Shown here in pieces: positions 1 to 13,342 of a stretch of DNA of 64,000 bases (positions within the stretch are counted from its first letter, which is position 1; every line of letters starts with the position of its first letter). Source of the stretch: Lama guanicoe (lineage: Eukaryota). The notes below the pieces were generated by a model that was given only the letters and a program-made list of their open reading frames with translations, was not told the DNA's origin and searched no databases. The position numbers and the translations under genes are program-made. The stretch is from contig MU053934.1 in NCBI GenBank assembly GCA_013239625.1, positions 9,197,352-9,261,351 on the forward strand. The letters are read 5' to 3'.

Positions 1-264
1 ACTTCAATCCTGATTCTGCCGCTGAAGGGCCAGATAGCCATTGTAAAAGGTACCCAGGAGCCTGACGGACCTGGACTTGGTTCCTGGCTTTACAAGCTGT
101 GCCTTATTGTGCAGTTTCTCCAAGCCTTAGATTTCTTGCCTGAAAATGGGAGTATAATACATAATTTTATTGCTGAATTGTACAGAGGAATAAATGAAAT
201 AAAGCATCTGAAAATTTAAAGTATGTGACAATCTCAGTCAATGCTTGTTTGATTTTGTCCTAGT

Positions 265-425
265 CTTCTCTGGGCCTCAGTTTCCACGTCTATTTAATAG
301 GAAAAATGTTGGACAGTACCTTCCTGGTGAGATTATTTGTAAGGATTAAATGAGATAATGTGTATTAAATGCTTGATGGATACCTGATACATAGTACTAA
401 ATAAATATTAGCTGATACTGTTATT
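265..425 (+). mobile_element. MIR SINE relic (a second degenerate copy lies at about 65-250)
   Basis: Core motifs tctctgggcctcagtttcc and gtaaggattaaatgagataat. Confidence 0.75.
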
Positions 426-1344
426 ATTTAATACATTTGTGGGTGATCTCCCATGTGCCAGGTTTTGTGCCAGGCGATGCAGCTGAAAAATGAAAAGTCC
501 TTTCCTGGGAAGCCCTATTCTGGGGAGACAGCAGATGATTATACAGTCATGGGAAATTGCACAAAGAGCAGAGGGAGCATAGAAGAAAGGGAGTTGGTCC
601 AGATGGTCCATAGAGGGACCTTTTGGTCTGAGCATTTCTGCCTCCTATCACAATAGGAAGCACTGAGCTGTTGAAAGTGCTAAGAGCCCAGGGCCCTGCT
701 CTTTGGGCTTTTGGGGAGATATGTTAATTGATATGATACCCCTGGGAGGTGTATTGATTGAGTTAATGCTTTGGTATGTCTTTACCATGGTGGACTCTTC
801 CTTTAGTCAGAGATCAGTCATCAGCCTTTACTGAACATCTGCTCTGAAACAGGTTCTTTGTAGGGGCTGAAGGTGCAAAGATAAGTGTGACATCCCTTTT
901 TTTAAGCATGTTAGCGTAATTGCCGTGTAAACGAATTGTAACAGGGGTCCAGTCTAGAAGAGTTAGTGGCACAAGGGAGCTTGTGGATCTGATGTATAGA
1001 TTGGTGGGCCAGGAAGGGCCATTGGGTTACTTTGGCTGCATGGCCTACAGGTGAGAGGGCTAATTAGAAAGAACAATATATGCAAAGGGACTGTATGCTG
1101 ACTTTGGGGATTCACTAGTGTCCCTCAGAGGGGTCTCATGGGGTTTGGACCAGAGTCCAGCTGCTCTGAGAGGATCCATTCAGTGCAGATGGACCTGGAG
1201 GGAAGGGAAGATGGGCCAAGGTGCCAGGAGCTGGGTGGGACAGAAAGTGAAGCAAAATGCAGCCTCAGGGTAGCAAATAGAAAGACACCAGACAAAGCAA
1301 AAGTAAGTAAGTGATGGAACAAAAGGATTCTTCTCTGCTTGAGT

Positions 1345-1750
1345 GTGGGCTGAACTTAGTGGCTTGCTTTTAAATAATAGGCTTGGGGGAAGTGACATTG
1401 TGACTTCTGAGATGTAAAAGGCACTGCAGCTCCCTCTTTGCTTTCCTCTTGGATCACTCGCTCCAACAGAGCCAGCTGCCATGTCATGGGGGCACTCAGG
1501 CACCCACGTAGAGAAATCTGCATGCTGAGGGATTGAGGCCTCCTGCCAGTGGTCATGTGATGCACCGCCCTGGAAGCGGATCCTCTCAGTCCCCGTCCAC
1601 TTCAGCTGTGTCCCCCTCGTGAGCGACCCTGAGCCAGAACCACTCCACTCAGATTCCTGACCCTCTGGCCTGTGTGAGACCACACATGTGATTGTTTTAA
1701 AGTACTACGTTTGGGGGTAGTTTGTTATATAGCAATAGATCATTACTATA
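1345..1750 (+). mobile_element. MaLR LTR (MLT1-family) relic
   Basis: Typical MLT1 3' end ttgttttaaagtactacgtttgggggtagtttgttatatagcaatagat and internal gccagctgccatgt / tggaagcggatcctc. Confidence 0.75.
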
Positions 1751-2309
1751 TCAATCTAAAATTTTCTTCCTTTCGATTAAACTCATATTATGGAATGTAA
1801 TGGGAAATAGTGTCTTAACTGCTAAAATCCATAAAAATTAATTATGGTCAGAAAATATCAGTATTAAGATACTGTGAGCTATTTCTTCTCTGTGGAAGGT
1901 AATTCTTTTTCTTAATAGTTTTAAATTTGTCTTATACCTTTTGTTTAATACACATCTGCATTTTTTCTCAAGTTTTTAAAAATTATTTTAATTCTTAAAT
2001 TTTAATTTTTTCATAATAATTTTAAATTTGTTTAATATCATTTGTTTAATATACATATCTCCATTTATTTAACAAACAATTTTTCTTGCTGTGCTGTGAG
2101 TCTTTACAAGTCCTGTTAAATTCATTCTGGAGGAAAGTAAGATATAAATACACTAAAAATTCTGTTTTCACCCTTTTCCTGGAGGCTTTATTTTCCAGTC
2201 CTTTAGCTATCCTTAGGATATTTCTACATCATTTTTGCTAATGATGTACCCAGACCCCCCCTATTGAAGTGTAGAGCCAGGTGAGATTGGTTGTCATACT
2301 GTGTACCTC

Positions 2310-2507
2310 CAGTGTCCGTGTAACCAGTCGCTTCATGTGGCTGTTTAAATTAATTAGCAATAAGTAAAATTAATAATTACATTTCTTCCTTGGACCAGCC
2401 ACATTTTAACTACTCTGTAGCCACATGTGGCTAGTGGTTACCTTACTGGACCATGCAGATACAGAGTATTTCCATCATTACCAAAAGTTCTTTTGACTAA
2501 TGCTACT
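2310..2507. mobile_element. hAT-Charlie MITE, MER33/MER3-like
   Basis: Palindrome tagccacatgtggcta followed by gtggttacc...tttccatcatt...aaagttct. Confidence 0.75.
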
Positions 2508-3109
2508 CTATAATTTATTTTTTTGTGTAGGAAGATTATGTTCTGGTTCTTGAGTATTTGAGAAAGAATAGTAACATTTGGATGCTACTTTCTGTAAATT
2601 CTTTTCACACTTAAACTGATACCTCATTGCTCTTCCGTCAGATAAGCTCCTTGAGTAAAGTGAGTGCATCACACTCCCTGTATCCCTAGCACCGCAGTCA
2701 GTCTGATAATTGAAGATGTTTAACAAATTCTTGTGGAATTGCAGCTATTTGCATAACTTACTACTCAGCGGCGCGTGCTTGGTCTTTTTCTTCCATACTC
2801 ATGTAGATAATAACTTTTTAAAAGAGTCTGTCAGCGTGGCTTCTTTTTTCTCTTTAATCTGTCTTTAGTCAAAGGTATATTTCTGATTACTTTCTTCCAG
2901 GCTCTGTTCCTGTGTAATAGTGCAGATACTTCCCTCCATACTTCTGAACCCCTTTATATCCTATAAGCTCTATTGTCCTTTTTTTTTTTTTAAGAAAGCA
3001 CGTTCTAACATACTATGTAATCATTGAGTGGTGTCTTATTTATTCTGTGCCTCCTTCCAGAATGGAAGGCCCATGAGGACAGAGATGGTTAGCTTTTTTA
3101 CAATTACCT

Positions 3110-3600
3110 GTTAGGATAATACTTCTTGAACTGGATGTCTTTGAACAATTTGGGAAATTGTCAGCCAGTATTTCTTCAAATACGGCTTCTCTCCCATTCT
3201 TTCCCTTCTTTCAGGGACTCCAATTACACATATGTTAAACCTTCCACTATGTTTTACATGTTTCATAGCCTCCTTTCTGTATTTCCCATTCTGTCTGAGC
3301 TTCTGTTTGAAAATTTTCTGCTAATCGCCCTTCTAGTTCCCTTCTCTTTTCTACTTTGTCTAATCTGCTGTCATCTATTGTGTTCTTAGTTTCTGTTATA
3401 TTTTTGAGTTATTGTAGAATTTATTTATGTTTTTAATGAATTACTCTGTTGAAAGTTCATTTTGTTATTTACCTTAAGCACATGAATTATTGTCATTTTA
3501 GAGAAAGTGCCTGATAAATATGTATTGCCAGTTTTTGTCTTCTTGTGTTCAGTCATTTGGTCCTGTCTTTTATTGCATGCTGAGTGTTGTGTGAGGAATG
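3110..3600 (-). mobile_element. Ancient L1M fragment
   Basis: T-rich sequence with tttgggaaattgtcagcc...tcttcaaata and gggactccaattacacatatgtta, typical of antisense old L1. Confidence 0.6.
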
Positions 3601-3679
3601 TTAAGGCCATTTCCAGATATCTTCCCTTTGCAAAATATTTGCAAACTCTAAACCAAGATCAGTTTAAAACTTATTTCTT

Positions 3680-4489
3680 AAAATGAGGTATCACCTCACA
3701 CCGGTCAGAATGGCCATAATTCAAAAGTCCAGAAAGGATAAATGCTGGAGAGGATGTGGAGAAAAGGGAACCCTCCTACACTGTTGGTGAGAATGTAGTT
3801 TGGTACAGCCATTGTGGAAACAGTATGGAGATTCCTCAAAAGACTAAAAATAGACTTACCATATGATCTGGCAAACCCGCTCCTGGGCATATGTCCAGAG
3901 GGAACCTTAATTCAAAAAGACACCTGCACCCCAGTGTTCACAGCAGCACTGTTAACAATAGCCAAGACGTGGAAACAACCTAAATGTCCATCGACAGATG
4001 ACTGGATAAAGAAAATGTGGTATAGTTATACAATGGAATACTACTCAGCCATGAAAATAATAAAATAATGCCATTTGCATCAACATTGATGGCCCTGGAG
4101 AATGTCATTCTAAGTCTAAGTAAGCCAGAAAGAAAAAGAAAGACACCGTATGCTATCACTCATATGTGGAATCTGAAAAAAGACAAATGAACTTATTTAT
4201 AAAACAGAAACAGACTCACAGATACAGAAAACAAACCTGTGGTTACCAGGAGGGAAGAGGGTGGGAAGGAATAAATTGGGAGTTTTAGATTTGCAGACCC
4301 TGGTATATATAAAATAGATAAACTACAAGTTTAGACTGTGTAGCGCAGGGAAATAAATATATTTGATATCTTATAGTATTGGTGAAAAAGAATATGAAAG
4401 TGAACATACGTATATTTATGTATGACTGAAGCATTGTGCTGTACACCAGAAATTGACACAATGTTGTAAACTGACTACTTCAATAAAAA
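3680..4489 (+). mobile_element. Lineage-specific LINE-1, 5'-truncated (ORF2 C-terminus, 3' UTR, poly-A) with TSD
   Basis: ORF 3814..4068 encodes the L1 ORF2 C-terminus ([26 protein letters not shown]); ends caataaaaaaaa; TSD aaaacttatttctt (3666-3679) / aaaacctatttctt (4490-4503). Confidence 0.93.
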
Positions 4490-4503
4490 AAAACCTATTT
4501 CTT

Positions 4504-6540
4504 TCAACAGATGGTGGTATAACAACTTGGTATCTAATTAGAATAAAATGAACTTCGACCCACACCTTGTACCATTCACAAAAAATACTTCAACACGGAT
4601 TGTAGACCTAGGCATAAAAGCTGAAACTATACAAGGTTTGTAATATGGCTGAATATCTTTGTGATTTTGAGTATGGGCAAACGTTTCTTATCCAGGACAC
4701 AGATAACACTAACCATGCAAGAAAAAAATTGATTATCAGATTAGACTTTATCAAATTAAAAAACTTTTCATCAGAAGACATCATTAAGAAAATGAAAAAG
4801 GCAGGCCATAGACTGAAAGTATTTCAGTACATGTATCTGACCAAGGATTTGCTTAGAACATATAAAGTGCTCCTGCAACTCAATAGTAAAAAGATAACCG
4901 GGTTAAAAAATTGGACAGAAAACTTCTGTGCTTACAAAGGAAGATACATAAATGGCCACCAGACACACCAAACATGATAAAGTACTCAACATCTTTAATC
5001 ATTAAGAAAATGCAAATTAAAACAAGATACCACTGTATGCTCTTAGGATGGCTATTACCAAAAAACTAAAAATAAAAGGAAGTAAGTGTTGGTGAGGATG
5101 TGAAGAAATTGGAACCCTTGTATATTGCTGGTGGGGTGTGAAATGGCTCAGTTGCTATGGAAAACAGTTTGGTGGCACCTAAAAAAGCTGAACATAGAAT
5201 ATGACCTAGCAGTTCCATTCTTAGGTATGTACCCGAGAGATTGAAAGCAGGGACTCAGATACTTGGGTGCCACTGTTCACTATAGCATTATTCACATTAG
5301 CCAGAAGATGGGAACAGCCCTGATGTCCATCAACAGACAATGGGTAAACAAAAGTGGTAAGGACATACAGTGGAATATTGTTTAGCCGTAAAAGGAATGA
5401 AGTAACTGATACACGCAACACTGGGTGAACCTTGAAAACACGCTAAGTGAGAGAAACCAGATGTAAAAGGACAAATACCGTATGATTCCATTTATATGAA
5501 GTACTTTGAATAGGCAGATTCATAGAAAAGGAAAGATTAGCGGTTACCAGGGATGGGGGGGGAGGAGTTGTTCAGTGGTTACAGAGTTTCTGTTTGGGGG
5601 ATTAAAAAGCTTTTGGAATTAGTAGTGAATGGTGGTTGTACAACATTGTGAATGTAATTAAAGCCCCTGAATTCTACACTTAAAAATGGTGAATTTTGTT
5701 ACATACATATTTTACCACTGTTAACACGTTGATTGCCCACTGTGGGTTGGTTACCTCTGAGGAAACACAGCTGTCACCCACACTTGGGTGATGAGGTGAT
5801 CAACGTGTTAAAATGTAATATACCAAAATCCATCGAATTATATAGTTTAAATGAGTAGTATGCTAATTACATCTCAATAAAGCTGTGATAAACAAGCAAA
5901 AGCATAATGACAAACCTCTGGATACTCGTTAGAACGGCTAGGATTAGAACGACTCACAGCACCAGATCTTGGCGAAGGTGTGGTGCAACTGCTAGCTCTG
6001 GTACTTTGCTGGTGGGAGTGTCAGTGGTGCAGCTGCTTTGGGAAACATTTTGGTAGTTTTTCTGTAAAGTAAATGTACCCCTGCCTGTGACCCTCAGTAT
6101 TTACCCTAGGACGTACGTCCACAAAAGACTTATAAAAGAGTTGATAACAGCCAGACACTAGAAACAGCTCAGATGCTCAGATGTCCACCAGTGGGAGAAT
6201 GGCTAAAACTGCCTGGTAACTGAAGTGCGTGACCCACCAGTGTACAAGACAGTGTGGACAGATATTGAAGCATATTGAACGAAATCAGCCAGACAAAGAG
6301 TACATACAGTATGATTCCATGGGGCTCTGCAGCGGGCAGAGCTGGTCAGCGGTGATGCAGACATGAGCGGTGGTTGTCAGAGGAGGCTGGGGTTGCCTGG
6401 AAAGGAGTATGAGGGAATTTGCTGGAGTAAAGGAAACATGCTCTGTCTAGACGGGGATAATGGTTGCCTGGATTTGACACAATCCGTTCAGCATTTATGA
6501 TCAGCATATTTCACTATAGGCAAATTATATCTTAGTTTTC
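4504..6540 (+). mobile_element. Stacked older L1 pieces (ORF2 3' region, L1MB-like 3' end at about 5020-5890, older L1M 3' end to about 6540)
   Basis: Degenerate ORF2 peptide (LDFIKLKNF in ORF 4645..4977) and L1M 3' UTR motifs including tacatctcaataaagctg. Confidence 0.8.
5725..5807. mobile_element. Putative piggyBac-type MITE (83 bp) flanked by TTAA on both sides
   Basis: ttaa(5721-5724)-CACGTTGATtgcc...ggtgATCAACGTG-ttaa(5808-5811); perfect 9-bp TIR, 11/13 extended; interrupts an L1 3' end. Confidence 0.65.
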
Positions 6541-7194
6541 CGTGTGTAAATTATTATCCTTCTTGCCACCCCCGGAAGACCTTGAGCTAAATCTCAGCCA
6601 GCATGATTGGAGGACTTGGTGGAAATGTCACTGGTCTTTTCTGTCACTAATTGAGAGTTACCACTGGTGAAGCAATGGTTTAGTTGTAAAAGAATTGGAC
6701 ATCTCGTGTTCTTAGTATACTCAGAGCTAACTGGGTTTTGTTCCACATTTTCACCCGTGCCAGACAGTGCTCTCTGTGTTTCCAGAGCCTGAGATGAGCT
6801 GAGGTGATGGGCGAATGAATGAAATGCTTGAAACCAAATCTAGAAAACAGGAGAAGTAATCGTGGAAGGATGAGGGAAGGAAATGTGGCACTGGACGCTT
6901 CAGCCTGTTGTCCCCCGAGAATTGCAGTGTGAGGGGTCTGGGATCTTGCGTTGCAGGGACAGTCATATATCTTACGTCTAACTAGCTTGGGACCTGAGCT
7001 CTCTCCTGGGGGGTGGGGTTGACCTTTGCTTTTTGTGACCTCTGAATAACACAGGGCCCTGTGGGGCTTTTATGCAGTGACTGAGTTTTTTTAAAAAAAT
7101 GGTGAGTTTTGGGAGCTCTTCCCCTCACCCCTGAAAGTGCCAGTGTGAAATATTGATACCTTTTTTGGACTCAGTGGATTTCAGGGGGAAAAGG

Positions 7195-7385
7195 CTTAGG
7201 TCTAGTTTCAAATCCAAGTACTGCAACTTACTAGCTGCCTGAACTGGCAAATATTTTCAACTTCTCTGAGCCTCAGTTTTCTCCTTGGTAGAATGGGTGT
7301 TACAATAATGTCTACCTTGTAGGGTTGATGTAGGTATTAGGGTGAGCTGTTAGTAGAGAGTCCAGAATGGTGCTCAGCAGACAGC
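7195..7385 (+). mobile_element. MIR SINE
   Basis: acttactagctg...aacttctctgagcctcagttttctc...tagggttgatg. Confidence 0.8.
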
Positions 7386-10300
7386 AGGATTACTGTTGCA
7401 GGCTCTGGTCAGAATCAGGAGAGGAACGGCCTCGCCTGGAGTGTCGGTGCAGTAAGCTCGGTCCCCAGAGCTGCAGCCTGTCCTGGGTCTGTAAGTGGCA
7501 GTGGTCCTCTCCCTGCCCCCCCGCCAGTCTGGATGTCCTTACTTTCCCCCGGCGTGGAGCGCGCCTCTGATGCTGGAGGTCCGAGCCCTTGGTTGCCTTC
7601 CTCTTGTCGGCCTGTAGTTGCTGCAGTTGCCTGTTTCTGGTTATCCTTAGACACAGAGGTACCAAGAGACCTCCCATCAAATCCCCCAGTGCCAGTGATG
7701 TAGTAACTCCTCCTTTGCCTGCTGAGTCACTGGCTTGAGCATCTCCAGGTTCTCTTTCTGTAGATCTAGTTTAAGGTGCACGAGGTCCCTTTCTGTGCTC
7801 CCTGGTGGAAGTGCCCTTTGCTTGGACCTGGGGCTGAGTCCAGCACAGTCCAGGGTTGTGGGGTTGGGACTGGGAGTGGGAGGAAAGGGGCCAGTTTTTC
7901 TGAGGGTTGGATTTTTCGCTTTGAAGTTTTAGTTTGCTGACTCACCTTGAGAGATTTGTTATATTTTCCCCCTTTCTGGGCTCTCCTTTCCCTGTATAAG
8001 GATGTTGTGCTTTCTTCCACGTATTTCCCCAGTGACCCTAACCTAAAGTCAGATCTTCTGTTGATGATTTATATCAGAGTGCCACTGGGGATATTGGGTT
8101 TCTGCCTGGTCACCCAGCCGGCCAGCATCTTGGACCAGATCCTGTGTGTGAAGCTCTCTCGGCTTCCTCCTGACGTCGGAGGCACACAGCTGTGCGTCGA
8201 GCCGATGCCTAGGGCTGCACTGAGCACAGCGCTCTTCCTCTTTCTTCAGATGCGGAGGAGTCCTGTCCTAGCTCTGAGTGTGACATGGTGGCTGCTTCTG
8301 GTCCCCGTCATCCTGCTGGAGCTGAACTGCAGACAGCCTCTAGCCATTCTGAACCGGTCCACTCTGGTTTTAGACCTGATTTAGCCAAGTATTTCCAGTC
8401 AGTTTTCAGTGTGTGGAGGTACTCACCTTGTTTTAAAATTGGGCTGTATAATTTAAAAAAATGAACACGTGGTTACCTTGTTTGGAATGGAGGGGAGAGT
8501 CTGAAGTGTGAGCGCCTCCCTTGCCGCACTTTGCACAATGAAACAGGCTTTTATACATCTTTATCCCCACTTGATTGTGGCTGTGTTGAGGGCAGGGACT
8601 GTCTTCTTTATGGTGTCTTCTAGTACAGTGCTTGGTCCATTTTGGGTGCTTAATACATATTGAACTGAACAGAACAATGAAGAGCCAATGGCTGTAATGA
8701 AAAAAATCACTCTTAGTCCTGCAGAGAGCCAGTCAGTAACAGTTGCTGTAATTACTCAAAAGCTATTAATTTGGTGTACCCTGTGAGCCATTCATTTCAT
8801 CACTTCATGTTTGCCGTGTGCCACGCGCTGTGTTTAGTGGTGCAGCTTTAGCTGGTACAGTATGAGTGACTGTTTTTAGCTCACTTTGGGCCACCGAAGG
8901 AGGAATAGCTCACGTGCTGTAATATTAAATTTATAACTTCATTCCTTTGCCCATGCACACACTCCTGGTTTCCTCTTGTTTGAATTACTGTTTCATCTCC
9001 TACTGAAAACCTTTCTTGACCCAGATGCTTCTGCCCTGAGGTCCCCTTCGCATGCAGTACTTCCCTCTCTCAGAGAACTTCACTTAATCACCTGCCAGTC
9101 CCACAAGGATGAGAGCAACCTGAGGGCAGGATTCTTATCTACCTCTAGGTTCTCAGTACCTGCTTTAAGTCCTAGCACATCATGTGCACTTGATGATGTT
9201 TTTATTATTTCCTTAAATATTTAATTTTCTGGAGTCATTAGATACAAAGTGAGAGCATAGAGGAAAGACTCTAGTAAGAGAGAAAAAATTGTCAGATATG
9301 ACAGATGGTTATGATATCAAGAGATAAAAAATGTCTTGGTATTCCTAATTGCTTACATTAATTTGTTGACTAACTTTCATAAAGGGAGTAGACTGAGCCT
9401 TTCAGAGGTCAACATGGTGCAGAACTCAAAAATAAACCCGCCGTCTGTATGTACACACACTCACGCAGGTTTCCCCCAAACATTACTGAGCCTCCGGCCA
9501 GCAAGTCTTTGGCTGCGCCAGAAACAAAAACAAAAAATGAAACAAAACAAAAAAACCCCCAAAACCCACACGAGTCGTCGGCTTAGCTAAGGATGCCATA
9601 TGCTATCTTGACTCAAGCATGATTCAGATCAGCTTTGTTGAGAGAGAACGTCAATTACGCTGCACTATAAAAAGGACTGTGCAGAGTGGTGACAGCGCCT
9701 TTATTTTTACCTGTGCCATGAGCTGGAATACCGCCTGGAGCTGTCTGGTAAGGTGTTCTGACTCAACTTCAAAACACAGATGTGGTCAGTGAGAGCCACC
9801 CCTCACCTTCAATTATCTTAAATGGACAAAGTAGACAGGAAAAAGTTTGAGCCAGCAAATCAAAATAAATAAGATTAGAATTGTGACCACCGGTGCCCTC
9901 AGAGGAGAGTTTCTCAGCTCTTTCATTCTTACAGTCTTTTGTAGTGGTCCCCGGGCCCAAGGGTGTGGCCACTGGGCTGTGGGCAAGGACACTCATTCAA
10001 AGGCAAAGGAACCCTGGGACTAACTCTAGGTTGAGTCAACCTCTCTGATGGCCCCAGGCCTAGAGAAGTCACATCAGAGTTAAGAGGGCGATTTGTACGC
10101 ATGTGATGCACTCATTATGGCCACTGAGTGGTTACTGTCATATATATGTGTGTGTATATATGTTCCTGAGAAGAATGCTGGGCACGTAATAAGCACAACT
10201 TAAGTGTTAGTGGCTATCATCCTCGCTGAGAATATTATAAAACTTTATCAGAAGACATTAGAGAAAACACCAATGTTTATACCATTACATGAATGGAAAC

Positions 10301-10495
10301 CTCAGTGACAGAGACGTCACTTCTCCCCAGGCTGACCTGTGGTTTCAGTGCCATTCACAGTCACGTCTCGACAGGGTGGCTGCTAGACGTTCACAAGCTG
10401 ATATTTTTACTTTGTATGGGAGACTCCTCAGTTTTCTGCTATTCTCTGACTCCCTTCAGGCTTTGTATGAATCCTTTTCTGACACGTCATCTTTT

Positions 10496-11037
10496 TTTTT
10501 TTAACTTTTTTTTATTGATTTATAATCATTTTACAATGTTGTGTCAAATTCCAGTGTTCAGCATAATTTTTCAGTCATACATGGACATATACACACTCAT
10601 TGTCACATTTTTTCTCTGTGAGCTACCATAACATTTTGTGTATATTTCCCTGTGCTATGCAGTATAATCTTGTTTATCTATTCTACAATTTTTAAAATCC
10701 CAGTCTATCCCTTCCCACCCTCCGCCCCCCTAGCAACCACAAATCTGTATTCTCTGTCTATGAGTCTATTTCTGTCCTGTATTTACGCTTTGTTTGTGTT
10801 TGTTTGTTTTTGTTTTTTAGATTCCACATATAAGCGATCTCATATGGTATTTTTCTTTCTCTTTCTGGCTTCACTTAGAACAGCCTAAATGTCCATCATC
10901 AGGTTCCTGGATAAAGAAGATGTGGTATATTTATACAGTGGAATACTACTCAGCCATAAAAACTGACAACATAATGCCATTTGCAGCAACATGGATGCTC
11001 TTGGAGAATGTCATTCTAAGTGAAATGTCATTCTAAA
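10496..11037 (-). mobile_element. Young LINE-1 with 5' inversion (minus-strand 3' end to about 10880, then an inverted plus-strand piece)
   Basis: Poly-T start, near identity to the L1 at 61278 onward, orientation switch at about 10880; TSD tgacacgtcatctttt (10480-10495) / tgacacatcatctttt (11038-11053). Confidence 0.92.
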
Positions 11038-11059
11038 TGACACATCATCTTTTAAAACC

Positions 11060-13320
11060 CTTCCTCTGTGCCCTCAGTGAAATTTCCCATGTCCTCGGCC
11101 TCTGAACAGTCCATCCATCATCTTGATCTTGGTGAAACATGGCTCACTTCTGAGGACAGACCTTTCCCAGAAGGTCTTCAGGGTGGGGGGCTGTCTTCTC
11201 CTGTGTGCAGTGGGCTGCTGGGCTTGGAGGCGTGTAGGTGTGACGGTGCCTGTCGTTGCTGCTCTTGCAGCGTTTCCTCCCCGAGCCCTCCAGCGTCTCC
11301 TCTCTCACCATCAGAGTATGCGCGGGTATAATTTCTTTCGCTGTTAAATGCTCTGTGGTCACCGTACCTGCTCCTTAAAGAGCTTAGCTCTAGTTCACTG
11401 TTAGCTCCGCATTACTTCTCCTGTCTTAGTCTTGGGTACTTTAGTGTTACATAGATTATCCTGTCATCACCGCGGCCTTTTGTTTCTGTGCTCCGGGCCT
11501 TGTGAACTCCAGCTGCGCTCCCTCCACAGCCCAGCCCTCCAGCCCCCCTCTGGCTGCCTGTCTTCTTGTGTCTCTGGGTCCCCTACTCCAGCGAGTCTTC
11601 AACCCCACCAGGACCTGCAGGTGCTGCTCCTGCTCCTTCCTGCCTCTTCACTGCCCGGCTTGTTCCTCACGTTCACGTTTCCCTTCTGAAATGCAGTGCA
11701 GACCTAGGGATGAGTAATGAAGCATCTCCTCGCGTGCATCCTGAGTTCCCTGGCCTCTTCTCTCAACTTTGCTGTTCTTTCCTGGTAAAGCTCCCTCTCC
11801 AGTCAAAGCCACCTTGCTGTTCCCTTTGCATCTGCGCCTGAGTGCCTGGGCAAGGCTGGAGAGGACCTCACAGCCGTGCCGGCTGGGCTTCCGTGAGCCG
11901 ACGGTCACTAGCCGTGGGCAGGTGTGTCGGCCTGCCTGGCCGTCCTCCTGTTCCCTAGTCCGTAATTCCCCGCTTCCCTCGTCACCTCTTCTGTGCCTTT
12001 TGCTCTCCCTGAGTCTCCATTGCCTCTCCCTCATCCTCGTTCTCAGCTTCCTATTTTTCTGAGAAAAATAGGGGCAACCAGGAGATAATTTCCAGGAACT
12101 CCCCTCACCCTCGCTGCCCACCTCCCTGTGTCTGCCTCCGCAATTTCCCTTCTGTTATAGGGGATGAAGAGTCTCACTCCGAATGCCAGCCCCCCTCAGG
12201 TCTGCACTAAATTCCACTCCCTTTTGCACACATTCCTATAGGATTATTCTCATCATTTTGTGGATCTGCTGTAATTAGCCCCCATCCTAGGAAAAATCTC
12301 TCCCCCATCCTCTTGGGTGGTGGGTTTTTTTTTTCCTGCTCCCATTTATAATAAAACTTCTCTAAGACGTTTTTATATTCACTACTACAGTTTTTTGTTT
12401 ATCTTGAAGCCATTCCACGCTGTGAAATCCATTGGTCTTCTCCTTAAACCCTTCTCTTACGCGACCTCTCAGCTGTGTGGGATGTAGTCCGTCGCTTCTC
12501 TCTTGAAACGCTTTCTCCATCTGGCTTGTCGGACACCAGCCCTTCCTGCCTTCCCGGCTGTTCTCTCTCCCCAGGTCCCAGAGCTCGGGCCTCGGGCTGC
12601 TTCCCCCGCCCCGCGTGTCCTCCCCTGGTGGCTGCGCTCAGTCCTGTGGCTTCGCTCCTTAAGTTTGTGGTGTCGTTTTTCTTCAGCTGGACTTTTCTCC
12701 TTGTCCTCAGACTTGTGAGTTCACCTGCCTGCTCCACATTTCCGCTTGTATTTCTAAGAGGCACCTCTAGTTTAACAAATCTCGGACTGAGCTCCCGACT
12801 CCCCTGTCCTCCACATGTCTCTGCAGCAGTCTTCTCCGTTTCCGCAAATGGCAGATGCTCCTTTGTTGCTCAGCCATCCTTGACCCCCTGTCCGATCACC
12901 CTCAAAACGACTGGTCACCAGATCTTACTGGCTCCTCTTGAGAATGTATTCAGGATCTGACCCCTGCTCACCGTGTCTGCCGCGGCCACTCTTCCTCCGT
13001 GGTCCTGGTGTCTTTTCGTCCCCCTGCTATGATCAGCCCTTTACAGAATAGCCAGAGGGATGCTTTAAAAATGAAAGTCAGATGATGTCAGCCCCCTGCT
13101 CAGAAGCCTTCCTGCGTCACAGCAGGATGGAAGCCGAAGACCTTTCAGGGGCTGGGAGCCTGTGCCCTTTGGCTCTTCCAGTACCTCATCGGGCTGCTTC
13201 CACAAGCCCCTGTGACGTGCGGGGGGCCTCCCCCTGCCCTCCATCCAGGCTCTTCTCCCAGGAAGCTGTGTAGCTTGCTTCGTCACCAGCTTCAGTTCTA
13301 TGCTCAAATACCACTTTTTA
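11060..13320 (+). mobile_element. Long LINE-2 relic
   Basis: C/T-rich L2-like motifs (cttgaaacgctttctccatctggctt, ttaaaaatgaaagtcagatgatgtca); ORF 11068..11331 retains GETWL resembling the APE endonuclease 'ETWL' motif. Confidence 0.7.
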
Positions 13321-13342
13321 AATAAGGTTTTTGAGAAGGTTC

